Below are positions 1 through 10,260 of a stretch of 39,868 bases of DNA, piece after piece. Origin of the DNA: Patescibacteria group bacterium (GTDB taxonomy: Bacteria > Patescibacteriota > Patescibacteriia > UBA9570 > JAHJKD01); the NCBI GenBank assembly GCA_043821615.1, contig JBDRCS010000011.1:1-39868 (forward strand), given 5' to 3'. The position numbers were made by a program, and so were the translations under genes. The notes beneath the pieces are model-generated. The model ran no database searches. It had not been told where the DNA came from and saw only the letters and a list, made by a program, of their open reading frames with translations. Every line of letters starts with the position of its first letter. Positions within the stretch are counted from its first letter, which is position 1.

Positions 1-2
1 CC

Positions 3-317
3 AATTCATTTATTATGGCTAAATTAAAGATTAAAACTAAAGGCAAGTTTCTATGGCTAAGAACTATTACCTCCACAATCTTCGGTGAAGGCCTGGATAC
101 AACCTTATTTGTTGTTGTTGCTTTCTGGGGAGTTCTGCCTCCTGAATTATTATGGTCGGTCATAGTATCTAATTATATATTCAAAGTTCTAGTAGAAGTT
201 GGCTTTACTCCTATTACTTATCTGATTGTGGGCTTCTTGAAAAAACGAGAACATGAAGACTACTACGATTATAAAACTGATTTCAATCCATTTTCACTGG
301 CAAGGAAATCAAATTAA
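3..317 (+). CDS. Queuosine precursor transporter (YhhQ/VUT family), C-terminal part, truncated at window start
   Basis: Frame open from the window edge (NSFIMAKLK...); motifs WLRTITSTIFGEGLDT and terminal DYYDYKTDFNPF resemble the VUT family. Confidence 0.8.
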   Translation, partial: NSFIMAKLKIKTKGKFLWLRTITSTIFGEGLDTTLFVVVAFWGVLPPELLWSVIVSNYIFKVLVEVGFTPITYLIVGFLKKREHEDYYDYKTDFNPFSLARKSN

Positions 318-325
318 ACAATAAC

Positions 326-345
326 AAGGGCCCTGGCCCTTTTTA
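326..345 (+). terminator. Probable intrinsic terminator
   Basis: AAGGGC-cctg-GCCCTT stem followed by T-rich tail just after the stop at 317. Confidence 0.55.
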
Positions 346-381
346 TTATATAGAGTCATTTGACAACTAACCGAAGGGAAG

Positions 382-759
382 GTGCTCATGGACCAGGTGA
401 AAATCGCTTGGGAGAGGGATGAAAAATTATCCCGTTACATCCATGTGCGCGCCACCACCCCCGGAAATCCGTCTTTGGCAGAAGTTGAAGCCGATGAATT
501 GGCGCGTTTTCAGGACATGGCGGCCTACAGTGTTCAGAAGATCGTATGTCTGAACATCGATGCCCGCCTGCGTCCCCACATTACTGCCCAGCTTATTTGT
601 GCGATTACGGACAGGCCGCCCCAGGCCATTACCGTATTCATGCCCCAGGAAAATTGTTTTCTGGTGGTCTGGTCACGTCGCAAGGCAGAAGTAAAGCGCG
701 GAGAACGCTTCCGCATCAAATCAACCAGGATTGTGAAGATCCAACCGAACAGGAGGTAA
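382..759 (+). CDS. Hypothetical protein (higher GC than flanks)
   Basis: 125-aa ORF with purine-rich GAAGGGAAGG upstream; no recognisable family. Confidence 0.5.
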   Translation: MLMDQVKIAWERDEKLSRYIHVRATTPGNPSLAEVEADELARFQDMAAYSVQKIVCLNIDARLRPHITAQLICAITDRPPQAITVFMPQENCFLVVWSRRKAEVKRGERFRIKSTRIVKIQPNRR

Positions 760-763
760 GATT

Positions 764-850
764 TTGAAAAAAAGGGCAATAGAACCAATCACCATCTTCC
801 TCCTGCTGGCATTGACTGTGGCCGCGGTCATGGTGCTCCGCCTTCGTTAG
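764..850 (+). CDS. Putative 28-aa single-helix membrane peptide MKKRAIEPITIFLLLALTVAAVMVLRLR
   Basis: AGGAGG at 751-756, TTG start at 764, TAG at 848-850; hydrophobic core with basic ends; below the ORF-track cutoff. Confidence 0.45.
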   Translation: MKKRAIEPITIFLLLALTVAAVMVLRLR

Positions 851-964
851 GGGAGAGAGGCACCAGGAATGACGGGAATGACACCACCATGTCAAACCCG
901 CATTCCTGCCTCGACTATACTTTTAACTAGCTTAAAATTATTGAGAGGTTAACCATAATGGTCC

Positions 965-1049
965 GTTAGCCCCGGGCGCAGAGGCCCGAGGCTAACTCCC
1001 TGAAAACAAGTAGGGATAGCACGGGGCCTCCGTGCCCCGTGATTATCCC
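965..1049. repeat. Pair of GC-rich REP-like palindromes
   Basis: GTTAGCCCCGGGC/GCCCGAGGCTAAC (965-996) and GTAGGGATAGCACGGGGC/GCCCCGTGATTATCCC (1010-1049). Confidence 0.6.
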
Positions 1050-1057
1050 GGGCCAAA

Positions 1058-1084
1058 TTAGCACTCTTGACAGGAGAGTGCTAA
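1058..1084 (+). promoter_or_regulatory. CIRCE operator (HrcA site) overlapping a sigma70 promoter
   Basis: Perfect TTAGCACTC-N9-GAGTGCTAA; the N9 contains -35 TTGACA (1067-1072), then 17 bp to -10 TATCAT (1090-1095). Confidence 0.97.
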
Positions 1085-1101
1085 TTTTATATCATGTCTG
1101 T

Positions 1102-1809
1102 ATGTCTCAAATGGATGCTAAAAAACAGGCTTTTTTAAGCCGATTAATTGAAGAATATACGAAAACTGCCAAACCGGTTGGTTCCAAGTATATTGTGGAA
1201 AAATGCAAGCTGGATATCTCTCCGGCCACAGCCCGCAACTACATGGCTGCCTTAGAGCAAGAGGGTTTCATTAATCATCCTCATACCTCTGCCGGCCGTA
1301 TCCCCACTGAAAAGGGCTATGCTTTTTATATTGAAAATTTCCTCAAAGATAAAGAATTAGATAAAAAACAGGCTGATGTTTTGGATAAAATTCTCAAAGA
1401 CAAATCTGTCGAGAAAGAAGAGAAGATTAAAAATATAGCCAAGCATATTTCTGAAGTTTCAGACCAGGCCGTAGTCCTGTCTTTAAGCAGAAATTCATTT
1501 TTCTATACAGGCATCTCCAATATTTTAAAAAAACCGGAATTTGCCGAATTAGACATTATTTATGGCCTGGGTGAAGTTGTAGACCAATTAGACGAAGTTA
1601 TGGCCGGCATTCATTCCCAAGTTAGAGATGAAGTGGAAATTTATATCGGCAAGAATAACCCTTTTTCAGAAAACTGTTCCTCCATTTTAACCAGCTATCA
1701 TTTAGATAATGATACCCGGGGAGTATTTGGAATCCTTGGCCCGGTTCGCATGGACTATTCCAAAAATTACTCTTTAGTAAAATTTTTAAACCAAACAATA
1801 AATGGATAA
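1102..1809 (+). CDS. hrcA: Heat-inducible transcription repressor HrcA (short form)
   Basis: PVGSK, SPATARNYMAALEQEGFINHPHTSAGRIPTEKGY and GILGPVRMDY motifs; CIRCE directly upstream; start moved to ATG 1102 because the GTG at 1039 lies upstream of the promoter. Confidence 0.95.
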   Translation: MSQMDAKKQAFLSRLIEEYTKTAKPVGSKYIVEKCKLDISPATARNYMAALEQEGFINHPHTSAGRIPTEKGYAFYIENFLKDKELDKKQADVLDKILKDKSVEKEEKIKNIAKHISEVSDQAVVLSLSRNSFFYTGISNILKKPEFAELDIIYGLGEVVDQLDEVMAGIHSQVRDEVEIYIGKNNPFSENCSSILTSYHLDNDTRGVFGILGPVRMDYSKNYSLVKFLNQTING

Positions 1810-2329
1810 TCCTAAACAAAAAAAAGGTAGTGTAAAGACAACCCTCGGGTTGTCTCAAGATAAGAAATTAGAGAAATTGCAAAAAAAATGCGATGAATAT
1901 TTAAACGGCTGGAAGCGCGCTCAGGCAGATTATCAAAATTTGCAGAAAGACACAGAAAAAAGAATGGGAGAATTTAGAAAGTATGCTTGTGAAGACATGC
2001 TCCAGCAAATCCTGCCTTTGGTAGATTATTTCAAACATGCCTTTGCTGCTGTTCCGGAAGATGAAAAAGATTCTGACTGGCTAACCGGCATTAAGCACAT
2101 TCAAGATTATTTATATAAATTTTTGGAAGATAACGGCATAGAAATTATAAAAACAGTCGGGGAGAAGTTTGATCCGGAATTACACGAAGCCATAAAGGAA
2201 GAAAAGTCCGGCGAGCAGCCGGACTCAGCAATGGCTGAGGAACCTATAATTTTAAAAGAAACCCAATCCGGGTTTAAGTTAAACGGCAAGGTCCTCGTTC
2301 CTGCTAAAGTAATAATAAGTAAAAAATAA
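1802..2329 (+). CDS. grpE: Nucleotide exchange factor GrpE
   Basis: KRAQADYQN, FDPELHEA, GFKLNGKVLVPAKV; position in the hrcA operon. Confidence 0.95.
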   Translation: MDNPKQKKGSVKTTLGLSQDKKLEKLQKKCDEYLNGWKRAQADYQNLQKDTEKRMGEFRKYACEDMLQQILPLVDYFKHAFAAVPEDEKDSDWLTGIKHIQDYLYKFLEDNGIEIIKTVGEKFDPELHEAIKEEKSGEQPDSAMAEEPIILKETQSGFKLNGKVLVPAKVIISKK

Positions 2330-2333
2330 TTAT

Positions 2334-2744
2334 ATGCATCGATTAGTAAAATGGTCTCCATTTATGGAAATGGAAGACATGGAAAACAATTTTCAAAGAA
2401 TGCAGGGCTTTGCCCCGGCCATGGATGTTTACGAAAAAGACAACAGCATCATGGTGGAAATGCCAGTCCCTGGTTTCGATGAAAAAAATGTGGATATTTC
2501 AATTGAAGAAAACGTACTTACCATTAAAGGTAGTACGGAAAAAAAGAGCGAAGTAGACGACAAAGCTTATTATCGCAAAGAAGTTCAGCAAGGTTCTTTT
2601 TCACAATCCTTTGCCTTTCCAGTGGAAGTAGAAGGGGATAAAGCTACAGCTGACTATGAAAAAGGCGTGCTCACAATCAGTGTCCCTAAAAAGGAACAAC
2701 CAAAACCAAAAAAGAAATCTATCAAAGTTAATATAAAAGAATAA
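2334..2744 (+). CDS. Small heat-shock protein (Hsp20/alpha-crystallin family)
   Basis: PAMDVYE, LTIKG, GSFSQSF, ADYEKGVLTISVPK. Confidence 0.93.
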   Translation: MHRLVKWSPFMEMEDMENNFQRMQGFAPAMDVYEKDNSIMVEMPVPGFDEKNVDISIEENVLTIKGSTEKKSEVDDKAYYRKEVQQGSFSQSFAFPVEVEGDKATADYEKGVLTISVPKKEQPKPKKKSIKVNIKE

Positions 2745-2766
2745 TTTTTAAATCATTCTCAGTGCC

Positions 2767-2819
2767 CTCGCCGGAAGGCTCGGGCTATTGGGATCGAATA
2801 GGGCGAGCCTTCTGGCGAG
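2767..2819. repeat. Inverted repeat, REP-like; one arm recurs at 6018-6031
   Basis: CTCGCCGGAAGGCTCG (2767-2782) / CGAGCCTTCTGGCGAG (2804-2819); CGAGCCTTCTGGCG seen again at 6018. Confidence 0.65.
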
Positions 2820-2857
2820 CCTGCTAATCAATAATATATAAATAATATAATAATTTT

Positions 2858-4819
2858 ATGTCAAAAATTCTAGGTATCGATCTCGGTACAACAAATTCAT
2901 GCATGGCTGTCATTGAAGGTGGCAAGCCAAAAGTATTGGAAAACAAAGAGGGTGGCCGAACCACTCCTTCAATGGTGGCTATTAATAAATCAGGGGAGCG
3001 CCTGGTTGGCCAGCTTGCTAAAAGACAAGCTGTCACCAATCCAAAAAACACTCTCTTTTCCATTAAGCGTCTTATCGGCCGTAAATGGGATTCCGAGGAA
3101 ATAAAGAAAGACAAGGAAACCATGCCCTACGAAATCGTTCAAGACGGAGAGCGCGTAAAAGTTAAAATGGGTGATAAGGATTATACTCCCCAGGAAATTT
3201 CCGCTATGATCCTGCAAAAAATGAAAGCTGATGCCGAAGCCAAGCTGGGTGAAACTATCACCGAAGCCGTAATCACTGTACCGGCTTACTTTGACGACTC
3301 TCAAAGAAATGCCACCAAAGACGCCGGTAAAATTGCTGGCCTGGAAGTAAAAAGAATTATTAACGAACCAACTGCCGCCGCTTTAGCTTATGGCATGGAC
3401 AAAAAGAAAAATGAAAAAATCTTGGTCTTTGACCTTGGTGGTGGTACCTTTGATGTTTCTGTCCTGGAAGTAGGGGACGACACTGTCGAAGTGCAGGCCA
3501 CTGCCGGTGACACTCACTTGGGTGGCGATGACTTTGATAAAGTGATCATTGACTGGATTATTGAAGAATTCAATAAGCAGGAAGGTGTAGATCTTTCCAA
3601 AGACGAGCTCGCTCTGCAAAGACTGAAAGACGCAGCTGAGAAAACCAAGATTGAGCTTTCTACGGCCATGGAATCAGAAATCAATCAGCCTTTTATTGCG
3701 CAAACAGATTCGGGCCCAAAACATCTGGTAATGACCCTTACCCGGGCTAAGCTGGAAGAATTATGCGCTGATTTGATTGATAAGACTTTTGAACCGGTTA
3801 AAAAATGTCTGGAAGATGCCAAAACTGACGCTCAGGGCATTAATGAAATTATTTTAGTTGGCGGCCAGTCTCGAATGCCTGTCATTCAGGAAAGGATTGA
3901 AAAGTTTTTCAGCAAAAAACCAAATTCCACAGTAAACCCTGATGAAGTTGTTGCTATGGGTGCATCTATTCAAGGTGGTGTACTTGGCGGAGAAGTAAAA
4001 GACATTCTTTTACTAGACGTCACCCCTCTTACTCTTGGTCTAGAAACTTTAGGTGGCGTCCGCACTCCACTTATCGACCGCAACACTACTGTCCCAACGT
4101 CCAAACAGCAAATCTTCTCAACTGCAGCCGACAATCAAACCTCTGTTGAAGTTAATGTTCTCCAGGGCGAACGTGAAATGGCGGCTGATAATAAAACTTT
4201 GGGCAGATTTATTCTTTCCGGTCTGCCTCCGGCGCCGCGCGGCATTCCCCAGGTTGAAGTCAAATTTGATATCGACGCCAATGGCATTCTAAATGTTTCT
4301 GCCAAAGATAAAGCCACCGGCAAGGAACAATCAATTCGCATCGAGGCCTCTTCCGGCTTAAATGAAGAAGAAGTGGAAAAGATGAAGAAAGACGCTGAAG
4401 CTCACGCTGATGAAGACAAGAAGAAAAAAGAGGTTGTTGAAACAAAAAATCTGGCCGAGACTTTGGTTTTCTCCACAGAAAAAGCTCTTAAAGATGTTGG
4501 TGACAAAGTTAAAGAAGACGAGAAAAAGAATGTTCAAACCAAGATTGATGAGCTTAAAAAAGTTATGGACGGTGATGATGTAGAAGCTATCAAGAAGAAA
4601 ACTGAGGAGCTTTCTCAGGCCGCTCAAAAGATTGGTGAAGTTCTTTACAAACAACAACAAGAAGCTGAAGCTGCTAAAGGTGGCGCCCAAGGACAACCCG
4701 GCCAACCTGGTGCCAAACCTGGTGAAGACAAGCCAAAAGATGAAAAAGCCAAAGAAGGTGAAGTTCAGGATAAAAAGAAAGACGAACCCGAAGAAGGCGA
4801 CTTCAAAGAAAAGAAATAA
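2858..4819 (+). CDS. dnaK: Molecular chaperone DnaK (Hsp70)
   Basis: [41 protein letters not shown]. Confidence 0.99.
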   Translation: MSKILGIDLGTTNSCMAVIEGGKPKVLENKEGGRTTPSMVAINKSGERLVGQLAKRQAVTNPKNTLFSIKRLIGRKWDSEEIKKDKETMPYEIVQDGERVKVKMGDKDYTPQEISAMILQKMKADAEAKLGETITEAVITVPAYFDDSQRNATKDAGKIAGLEVKRIINEPTAAALAYGMDKKKNEKILVFDLGGGTFDVSVLEVGDDTVEVQATAGDTHLGGDDFDKVIIDWIIEEFNKQEGVDLSKDELALQRLKDAAEKTKIELSTAMESEINQPFIAQTDSGPKHLVMTLTRAKLEELCADLIDKTFEPVKKCLEDAKTDAQGINEIILVGGQSRMPVIQERIEKFFSKKPNSTVNPDEVVAMGASIQGGVLGGEVKDILLLDVTPLTLGLETLGGVRTPLIDRNTTVPTSKQQIFSTAADNQTSVEVNVLQGEREMAADNKTLGRFILSGLPPAPRGIPQVEVKFDIDANGILNVSAKDKATGKEQSIRIEASSGLNEEEVEKMKKDAEAHADEDKKKKEVVETKNLAETLVFSTEKALKDVGDKVKEDEKKNVQTKIDELKKVMDGDDVEAIKKKTEELSQAAQKIGEVLYKQQQEAEAAKGGAQGQPGQPGAKPGEDKPKDEKAKEGEVQDKKKDEPEEGDFKEKK

Positions 4820-4841
4820 ATAATATCTTAATAGTTCGTGT

Positions 4842-4866
4842 AAGGGTAGAACGATGTTCTACCCTT
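4842..4866. repeat. REP-like palindrome
   Basis: AAGGGTAGAAC-gat-GTTCTACCCTT, perfect 11-bp stem. Confidence 0.6.
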
Positions 4867-4880
4867 CATGAAAAGCAGGC

Positions 4881-5474
4881 ATGAAAAAAAATAATAAAAT
4901 TTGGGTTTTAATTGGTGGAATTATTAGCGAAATAATATTAATTGGTGTTTATTATAATTATTTTTCATTAAATGATAATGGTATAGTTAGTAATTCAATT
5001 TTATTAATAACTTTCTGGGGTTTAGCATGGTACGCATTTGAAACATCTGGTTTAAGAAGGGAGGCGGAAAAAACCAATATAAATAATATCAAGCCAATTT
5101 TTCAAATTTATAAACAAAAGCCATCGAGTATTTGGGAATATAGATTAAAAAATGTTGGGAAAGGTTCTGCATTTAATATTCAAGTCAATTCACTGATTGA
5201 TAATGAAGAGAAAGAGACGTATTTAGCAGAGTATTACAATCAAATGGCCTGTGATGGTGACACCAAGTCTATAAAAATCTTAAAAAATGAACATAATTTA
5301 TATAATGTAACAGATTTTGAGAAAGAAAAGAAAGACGTAAAAATTCTTATAAATTTTATAGATGTAAATGGAAGAGAATATCATTCCTTTTTTCATTCAT
5401 TTAAACCGGGTAAGCCATTAATTTTTAAATTTCAAAAAGAAGGAAGCAATAATATTAATAATTTTTCAAAATAA
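4881..5474 (+). CDS. Hypothetical protein with two N-terminal TM helices (very AT-rich)
   Basis: 197-aa ORF; hydrophobic N-terminus; [12 protein letters not shown] segment in the soluble part. Confidence 0.7.
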   Translation: MKKNNKIWVLIGGIISEIILIGVYYNYFSLNDNGIVSNSILLITFWGLAWYAFETSGLRREAEKTNINNIKPIFQIYKQKPSSIWEYRLKNVGKGSAFNIQVNSLIDNEEKETYLAEYYNQMACDGDTKSIKILKNEHNLYNVTDFEKEKKDVKILINFIDVNGREYHSFFHSFKPGKPLIFKFQKEGSNNINNFSK

Positions 5475-6007
5475 TGCCCGCAACCTACTACCAAACCCTA
5501 AATATAAAAGAAGATGCTTCAGCTGAAGAAATAAAGCAAGCCTTTATTAAGTTAGCTAAGGTCTATCATCCAGATAAAGGGGGAGACGAGGCCAAGTTCA
5601 AGGAAATAAACGAAGCCTACCAAGTATTAGGCAGTCCAACCAAAAAAGCCGAGTACGACGCAACCGGAAAGACATTCGACGAGCAAGGCGGTTTCAATAA
5701 TGGAAAAAACTGGGACGATTTTATGAACTTTGCCAATGGCCAGGCCATTAAAATGGGTAGCAAGGGCTCAGATTTTGACTTTGACGGGCTAAGATTGGTT
5801 TTTGCTGGTATAATAGGTAAAACCGAAAAATTTCCCGGCGAACAAATGGTAGAAAATGTAATCGACGGTGCCACTGGCGGAGTTGCCGGCAATGCCATGG
5901 AAGCCGGCATCCAAGGCGTCAGTGATGTGGTTGATGAATTCTTTGGCGGTGCCAGCGATATCGTAAATAGCAAAAAAGAAGAAGACGAAGACGAAATTAA
6001 TAAATAA
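5474..6007 (+). CDS. J-domain protein (truncated DnaJ paralogue)
   Basis: [24 protein letters not shown]-domain; no zinc finger or C-terminal domain. Confidence 0.88.
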   Translation: MPATYYQTLNIKEDASAEEIKQAFIKLAKVYHPDKGGDEAKFKEINEAYQVLGSPTKKAEYDATGKTFDEQGGFNNGKNWDDFMNFANGQAIKMGSKGSDFDFDGLRLVFAGIIGKTEKFPGEQMVENVIDGATGGVAGNAMEAGIQGVSDVVDEFFGGASDIVNSKKEEDEDEINK

Positions 6008-6080
6008 CCAAATACCCCGAGCCTTCTGGCGTGGGCATGATATAAATAATAAATTATAAATAAACATCTTCTCTTTGGGT

Positions 6081-6121
6081 TCCCCCTCTCCGGTTAGCGG
6101 AGAGGGGGACAGGGGGAGAGG
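6081..6121. repeat. REP-like palindrome
   Basis: TCCCCCTCTCCG-gttag-CGGAGAGGGGGA followed by CAGGGGGAGAGG. Confidence 0.65.
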
Positions 6122-6135
6122 AACATGAGGAAAAT

Positions 6136-7248
6136 ATGGGAAAAGATTACTACGAAATTCTAGGTGTGGAAAAAGGCGCTGATCAAGACGAGATCAAGCG
6201 TGCTTTTCGTAAAAAAGCGCACCAGCTGCATCCGGACAAGGAAGGTGGAGACGAAGAAAAGTTTAAAGAAGTAAATGAAGCATACCAGGTGCTTGGTAAC
6301 GAAGAAAAGAGACAGCAATATGATCAGTTCGGCGCTGACTTCAATCAGCAAGGCGGATTCGGTGGCGGCATGAATTGGGAAGACTTTATGAGACAAGCTC
6401 GCCAGGGCGGAGCCGGCTTTGGTGGCGCTCAAGGATTTGGCGGTGCCCAAGGTGTAGACCTGGGAGAAATCTTTTCCGAAATATTCGGCTTTGGCGGCGG
6501 AGCAAGAGCCCGGCGCAGAGCAGCTGGCCAACACGGCTCAGACATTCAGGTAGACATGGAAATCGATTTTAAAGAGGCAGCCTTTGGCGTAGACAAAGAA
6601 GTAGAAGTCTATAAGGATGTTGTATGCGATCATTGTAAAGGCAATAAGGCCGAGCCCGGTACACCGATCAAGGAATGCAAAGAATGTAATGGCGCCGGCG
6701 TGATTGAAAAACAACAGCAAACCATCTTAGGCATTATGCGTTCCCAGGCAGTTTGCCCATCCTGCCAAGGTGAAGGCAAAACCTCAGAAACTAAATGTAA
6801 AAAATGTAGCGGTACTGGTATTACCAAAGACAACGCCAAAATAAAAGTGAAGATCCCAGCCGGCATAGACGACAACCAAGCAATCCGTCTCTCTGGAGAA
6901 GGGGAGGCCGGGCAAGGCGCTGGCCAGGCTGGCGACTTTTATGTGAATGTCCATATTCAAAAGCAAGATAAATTTAAGCGAGACGGCTTTAATGTGCTCA
7001 CCCAAAAAGAGATCGGCTTTCCTAAGGCAGCCCTGGGCACCAAAGTAGACATAGAAACCATTGACGGCGAAGTTGAGCTTAAAATTCCGGCTGGTACCCA
7101 GTCTGGAAAAGTCTTTAAGCTTAAAAATAAGGGCATTACCGTGTTAGGTAGCTCTGGCAGAGGGGACCATCTAGTTGAGCTTATCGTTGCAACCCCTACC
7201 AAATTATCCCGCAATCAAAAGAAGCTTTTAAAAGAGTGGGATGATTAA
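6136..7248 (+). CDS. dnaJ: Chaperone DnaJ
   Basis: J-domain HPD, G/F-rich region, four CxxCxG(x)G-type motifs, IPAGTQSG. Confidence 0.98.
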   Translation: MGKDYYEILGVEKGADQDEIKRAFRKKAHQLHPDKEGGDEEKFKEVNEAYQVLGNEEKRQQYDQFGADFNQQGGFGGGMNWEDFMRQARQGGAGFGGAQGFGGAQGVDLGEIFSEIFGFGGGARARRRAAGQHGSDIQVDMEIDFKEAAFGVDKEVEVYKDVVCDHCKGNKAEPGTPIKECKECNGAGVIEKQQQTILGIMRSQAVCPSCQGEGKTSETKCKKCSGTGITKDNAKIKVKIPAGIDDNQAIRLSGEGEAGQGAGQAGDFYVNVHIQKQDKFKRDGFNVLTQKEIGFPKAALGTKVDIETIDGEVELKIPAGTQSGKVFKLKNKGITVLGSSGRGDHLVELIVATPTKLSRNQKKLLKEWDD

Positions 7249-7330
7249 TATTGTCTTCCAATATCAAATATGCTATAATATAAATGGTTAAAAAATAACC
7301 TAAAAATTATGGAGGCAACTTTGGAGGAAA

Positions 7331-7990
7331 ATGTCATTCAACTTGCGGCAAAAGAAAGAAGAAAATTCCTCAAAAAAGAAAAACAAAGAAGAGAAAAATC
7401 AAACTTCCATTGACGAAACAGTAGTAACTGAAGAAGAGGGGGTTACAACAGCGACTTTGTCGGTAGACAAAATGTCCAAAGATTTAGGTCTTAAAAATAT
7501 TGATATGGCAAATCCTTCATGGGATTTGTTTTTAGTTGGCTTCTTCTTGGTCGGATCCCTCCTCTACGGATTATCCTTGGGTAAAGACAGAATCATCGCC
7601 ATTCTCATGAGTATTTACATGGCCTTGGCCGTGGTAGACAAATTACCGGACTTTGTTGTAAACATAAACGTAAACGAAGGCTATGCCTTTCAAATAACCA
7701 CTTTCATCGCTGTTTTTGTCGCCATGTTCTTCCTGCTTTCCCGCACAGCCATTGCCCGCGCCTTGCCCCCTTCAAACAGGGGAGGCATCATCCAAACAAT
7801 AGTCCTCTCATTTCTTCATGTCGGCCTGATTATTTCAGTTGCTCTCTCATTTATGCCTCAGCAGTTCCTGGACAGATTCTCAGAAACAACCCAAAAAATA
7901 TTCACCGGCGAATGGGCCGCTTTCATTTGGATCATCGCTCCGATTATTGCCATGATAGTCTTTGGCCGGGGCCAGAAAGAATTAGATTAG
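7331..7990 (+). CDS. Membrane protein, possibly CvpA-like
   Basis: GGAGG RBS at 7323; charged N-terminus then about five hydrophobic segments. Confidence 0.65.
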   Translation: MSFNLRQKKEENSSKKKNKEEKNQTSIDETVVTEEEGVTTATLSVDKMSKDLGLKNIDMANPSWDLFLVGFFLVGSLLYGLSLGKDRIIAILMSIYMALAVVDKLPDFVVNINVNEGYAFQITTFIAVFVAMFFLLSRTAIARALPPSNRGGIIQTIVLSFLHVGLIISVALSFMPQQFLDRFSETTQKIFTGEWAAFIWIIAPIIAMIVFGRGQKELD

Positions 7991-8853
7991 CCCAGCACCA
8001 CAATAATCACCGCTCCAATAACCATTACAGCCGCGCCAATCAGGCGCGGTTTTAAGTGTTTCTCTTTAAAGAGGACTTTGCCTAAAATTGTGGAATAAAG
8101 CGAACGGGTTTGTTTGATGGCGCCTACATAAGGTACCAAGATAAGGGCCATGGCCATCATTTCCAACAAGGCTGCCAATCCCCAAAGATTTCCAATCAGG
8201 AAAAATTTCCATAAGTGTTTTGCAAACTGTTCTTTGATTTTGTCCCTGAATCTTATTAAAACAATTCCGGTAAATATTAAAGCTAATATGAATATAAAAA
8301 TCGTGGTAAAAAATACCTCGGAAGAATTATCAATTGCTATCTTGGCAATCGGGCCGGTAATGCTCCAGATCAAATCAATTATGAGAATATACATTGCCCC
8401 TTTATTCCTAAACATGGATTTTAGCGGTGCCAGAATGCCTTTGCGTTCATGATCCAGGCCATGTATCCAGGCACCAAAAATAATAATTATTATTGCCATC
8501 AGTCCCCAAAAGTTCGGCAATTGTCCAAGGATAATCCAAGATGTAAAAATTAAAAATGCCGGGGTAAAGGCCATAAAGGGAATGCAGTCGGAGAGATCAG
8601 AGAGTTTGATTGCCTTATAAAAATATATTTCCCCAAAACAAATAAGAATAGCCATAAAAACTGCCAAGGGCCAAAACACCCAGTCTACAGAAGGAATGCC
8701 ATCAATAATTAAAAAAATAAATAGAAGCGGCAGAGAGCACAAAAAAATACCCCATATACTAATGTAGGTATTACTTTTTTTTAGAACTACTTTTCTTCCC
8801 ACATCAACTAGTGAAAATAAAACCGCTCCAATGGCAGCAAATAAAAATCCCAT
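7987..8853 (-). CDS. EamA/DMT family transporter
   Basis: 288 aa, ~10 TM segments in two repeats; KAIKLSDLS..PF, LFKEK..RLIGAAVM. Confidence 0.88.
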   Translation of the reverse strand: MGFLFAAIGAVLFSLVDVGRKVVLKKSNTYISIWGIFLCSLPLLFIFLIIDGIPSVDWVFWPLAVFMAILICFGEIYFYKAIKLSDLSDCIPFMAFTPAFLIFTSWIILGQLPNFWGLMAIIIIIFGAWIHGLDHERKGILAPLKSMFRNKGAMYILIIDLIWSITGPIAKIAIDNSSEVFFTTIFIFILALIFTGIVLIRFRDKIKEQFAKHLWKFFLIGNLWGLAALLEMMAMALILVPYVGAIKQTRSLYSTILGKVLFKEKHLKPRLIGAAVMVIGAVIIVVLG

Positions 8854-10251
8854 TTATTGTTTTTTCTTTAATTCCCAGCCCTTTTTCGTATCTTCTATTA
8901 AATATCCTTGTTTTAAAATTTCATCCCGCAAATCATCAGCTGCTTTCCAATTTTTTTCGTCTCTGGCTAGCTGCCTTTGTTCAGCCAGAGTCAAGATTTC
9001 ATCAGGAATTTCAGCTTTCTCTTCTTCAGCATTCTCAAAAGCATTTCTTAAGCCAAGCCCAAGCACTCGGTCAAAATCAAACAGGGTCGCCAGCTTTTTA
9101 GATTCTTCCAAGTCAGATTTCACCAATTCCCACACCAAAGCCAAAACTCCAGGCATATCCAGGTCATTGTTTATCAAGGCTACAAACTTTTCTTTGTAAG
9201 TCGTATCTACATCAGTCGGGTCGTCATATTCATAAATCGCCGCATAAAGTTTATTTAAAGCATTTTGGGCTCCGTCCAGGGCTTCCCAGGAAAAATTAAG
9301 CTTGCTTCTATAGTGCGCGCCCAGGCAAAAGTAACGATAGGCCAGGGGATTATAGCCTTTTTCCATTAACACCGCCAAAGTTACGAAGTCTCCCTCACTT
9401 TTCGCCATCTTGGCTTCCTTCATCAATAAAAATTCACCATGCAGCCAATAGTTAGCCATCTTTTTATCAAGAGCGGCTTCACTTTGGGCAATTTCATTGG
9501 TGTGATGTACTGGCACATGATCCACGCCACCAGTATGAATATCAAAAGGTTGTCCTAAAAATTTTGTGCTCATGGCAGAGCATTCCAAATGCCAGCCCGG
9601 AAAGCCCTTTCCCCAGGGGGAATCCCATTCCATCTGACGCTGGCTATCTTTAGGAGAGAATTTCCACAAGGCAAAGTCGGTCAGATTTTTCTTCTCTTTA
9701 TTTTTTTCCACGCGCGCCCCTTCTTCCAGTCCGGCAATATCCAGCTTGGCTAATTTGCCGTAGTCTTTTAATTTGGAAGTGTCAAAATATATTCCGTCGC
9801 TAGTTTTATAAGTAAAATCCTTTTCTTCCAGTTTTTGCACCAGCTCTATTTGATCAGTAATGTGGTCGGTCGCTTTTGGCGTTTCTTCAGGAGTCTCAAT
9901 ATTAAGGTCTTCCAGATCCTGAAAAAATACCTTAGTGTAATACTCGGCAATTTCCCAGACGGTTTTTTTTTCACGCTCTGCACCTTTTTCCATTTTATCT
10001 TCACCTTCATCTGCATCAGAGGTCAGATGCCCAACATCAGTAATATTCATTACCTGATTAACTTTATAGCCATTGTATTGCAAAACACGTCTGAGAATAT
10101 CCTCAAAGATATAAGTTCGCAGATTACCAATATGGGCAAAATTATAAACAGTCGGGCCGCAGGTATACAGTCCGACTTCCATGTCTTTAATTTCCTTAAA
10201 ATACTTTTTCTTTCGGGAAAGGGTATTGTAGAGTTTTAAGCGCTTGTTCAT
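8854..10251 (-). CDS. cysS: Cysteine--tRNA ligase
   Basis: [37 protein letters not shown]. Confidence 0.98.
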   Translation of the reverse strand: MNKRLKLYNTLSRKKKYFKEIKDMEVGLYTCGPTVYNFAHIGNLRTYIFEDILRRVLQYNGYKVNQVMNITDVGHLTSDADEGEDKMEKGAEREKKTVWEIAEYYTKVFFQDLEDLNIETPEETPKATDHITDQIELVQKLEEKDFTYKTSDGIYFDTSKLKDYGKLAKLDIAGLEEGARVEKNKEKKNLTDFALWKFSPKDSQRQMEWDSPWGKGFPGWHLECSAMSTKFLGQPFDIHTGGVDHVPVHHTNEIAQSEAALDKKMANYWLHGEFLLMKEAKMAKSEGDFVTLAVLMEKGYNPLAYRYFCLGAHYRSKLNFSWEALDGAQNALNKLYAAIYEYDDPTDVDTTYKEKFVALINNDLDMPGVLALVWELVKSDLEESKKLATLFDFDRVLGLGLRNAFENAEEEKAEIPDEILTLAEQRQLARDEKNWKAADDLRDEILKQGYLIEDTKKGWELKKKQ

Positions 10252-10260
10252 GCTTATATT

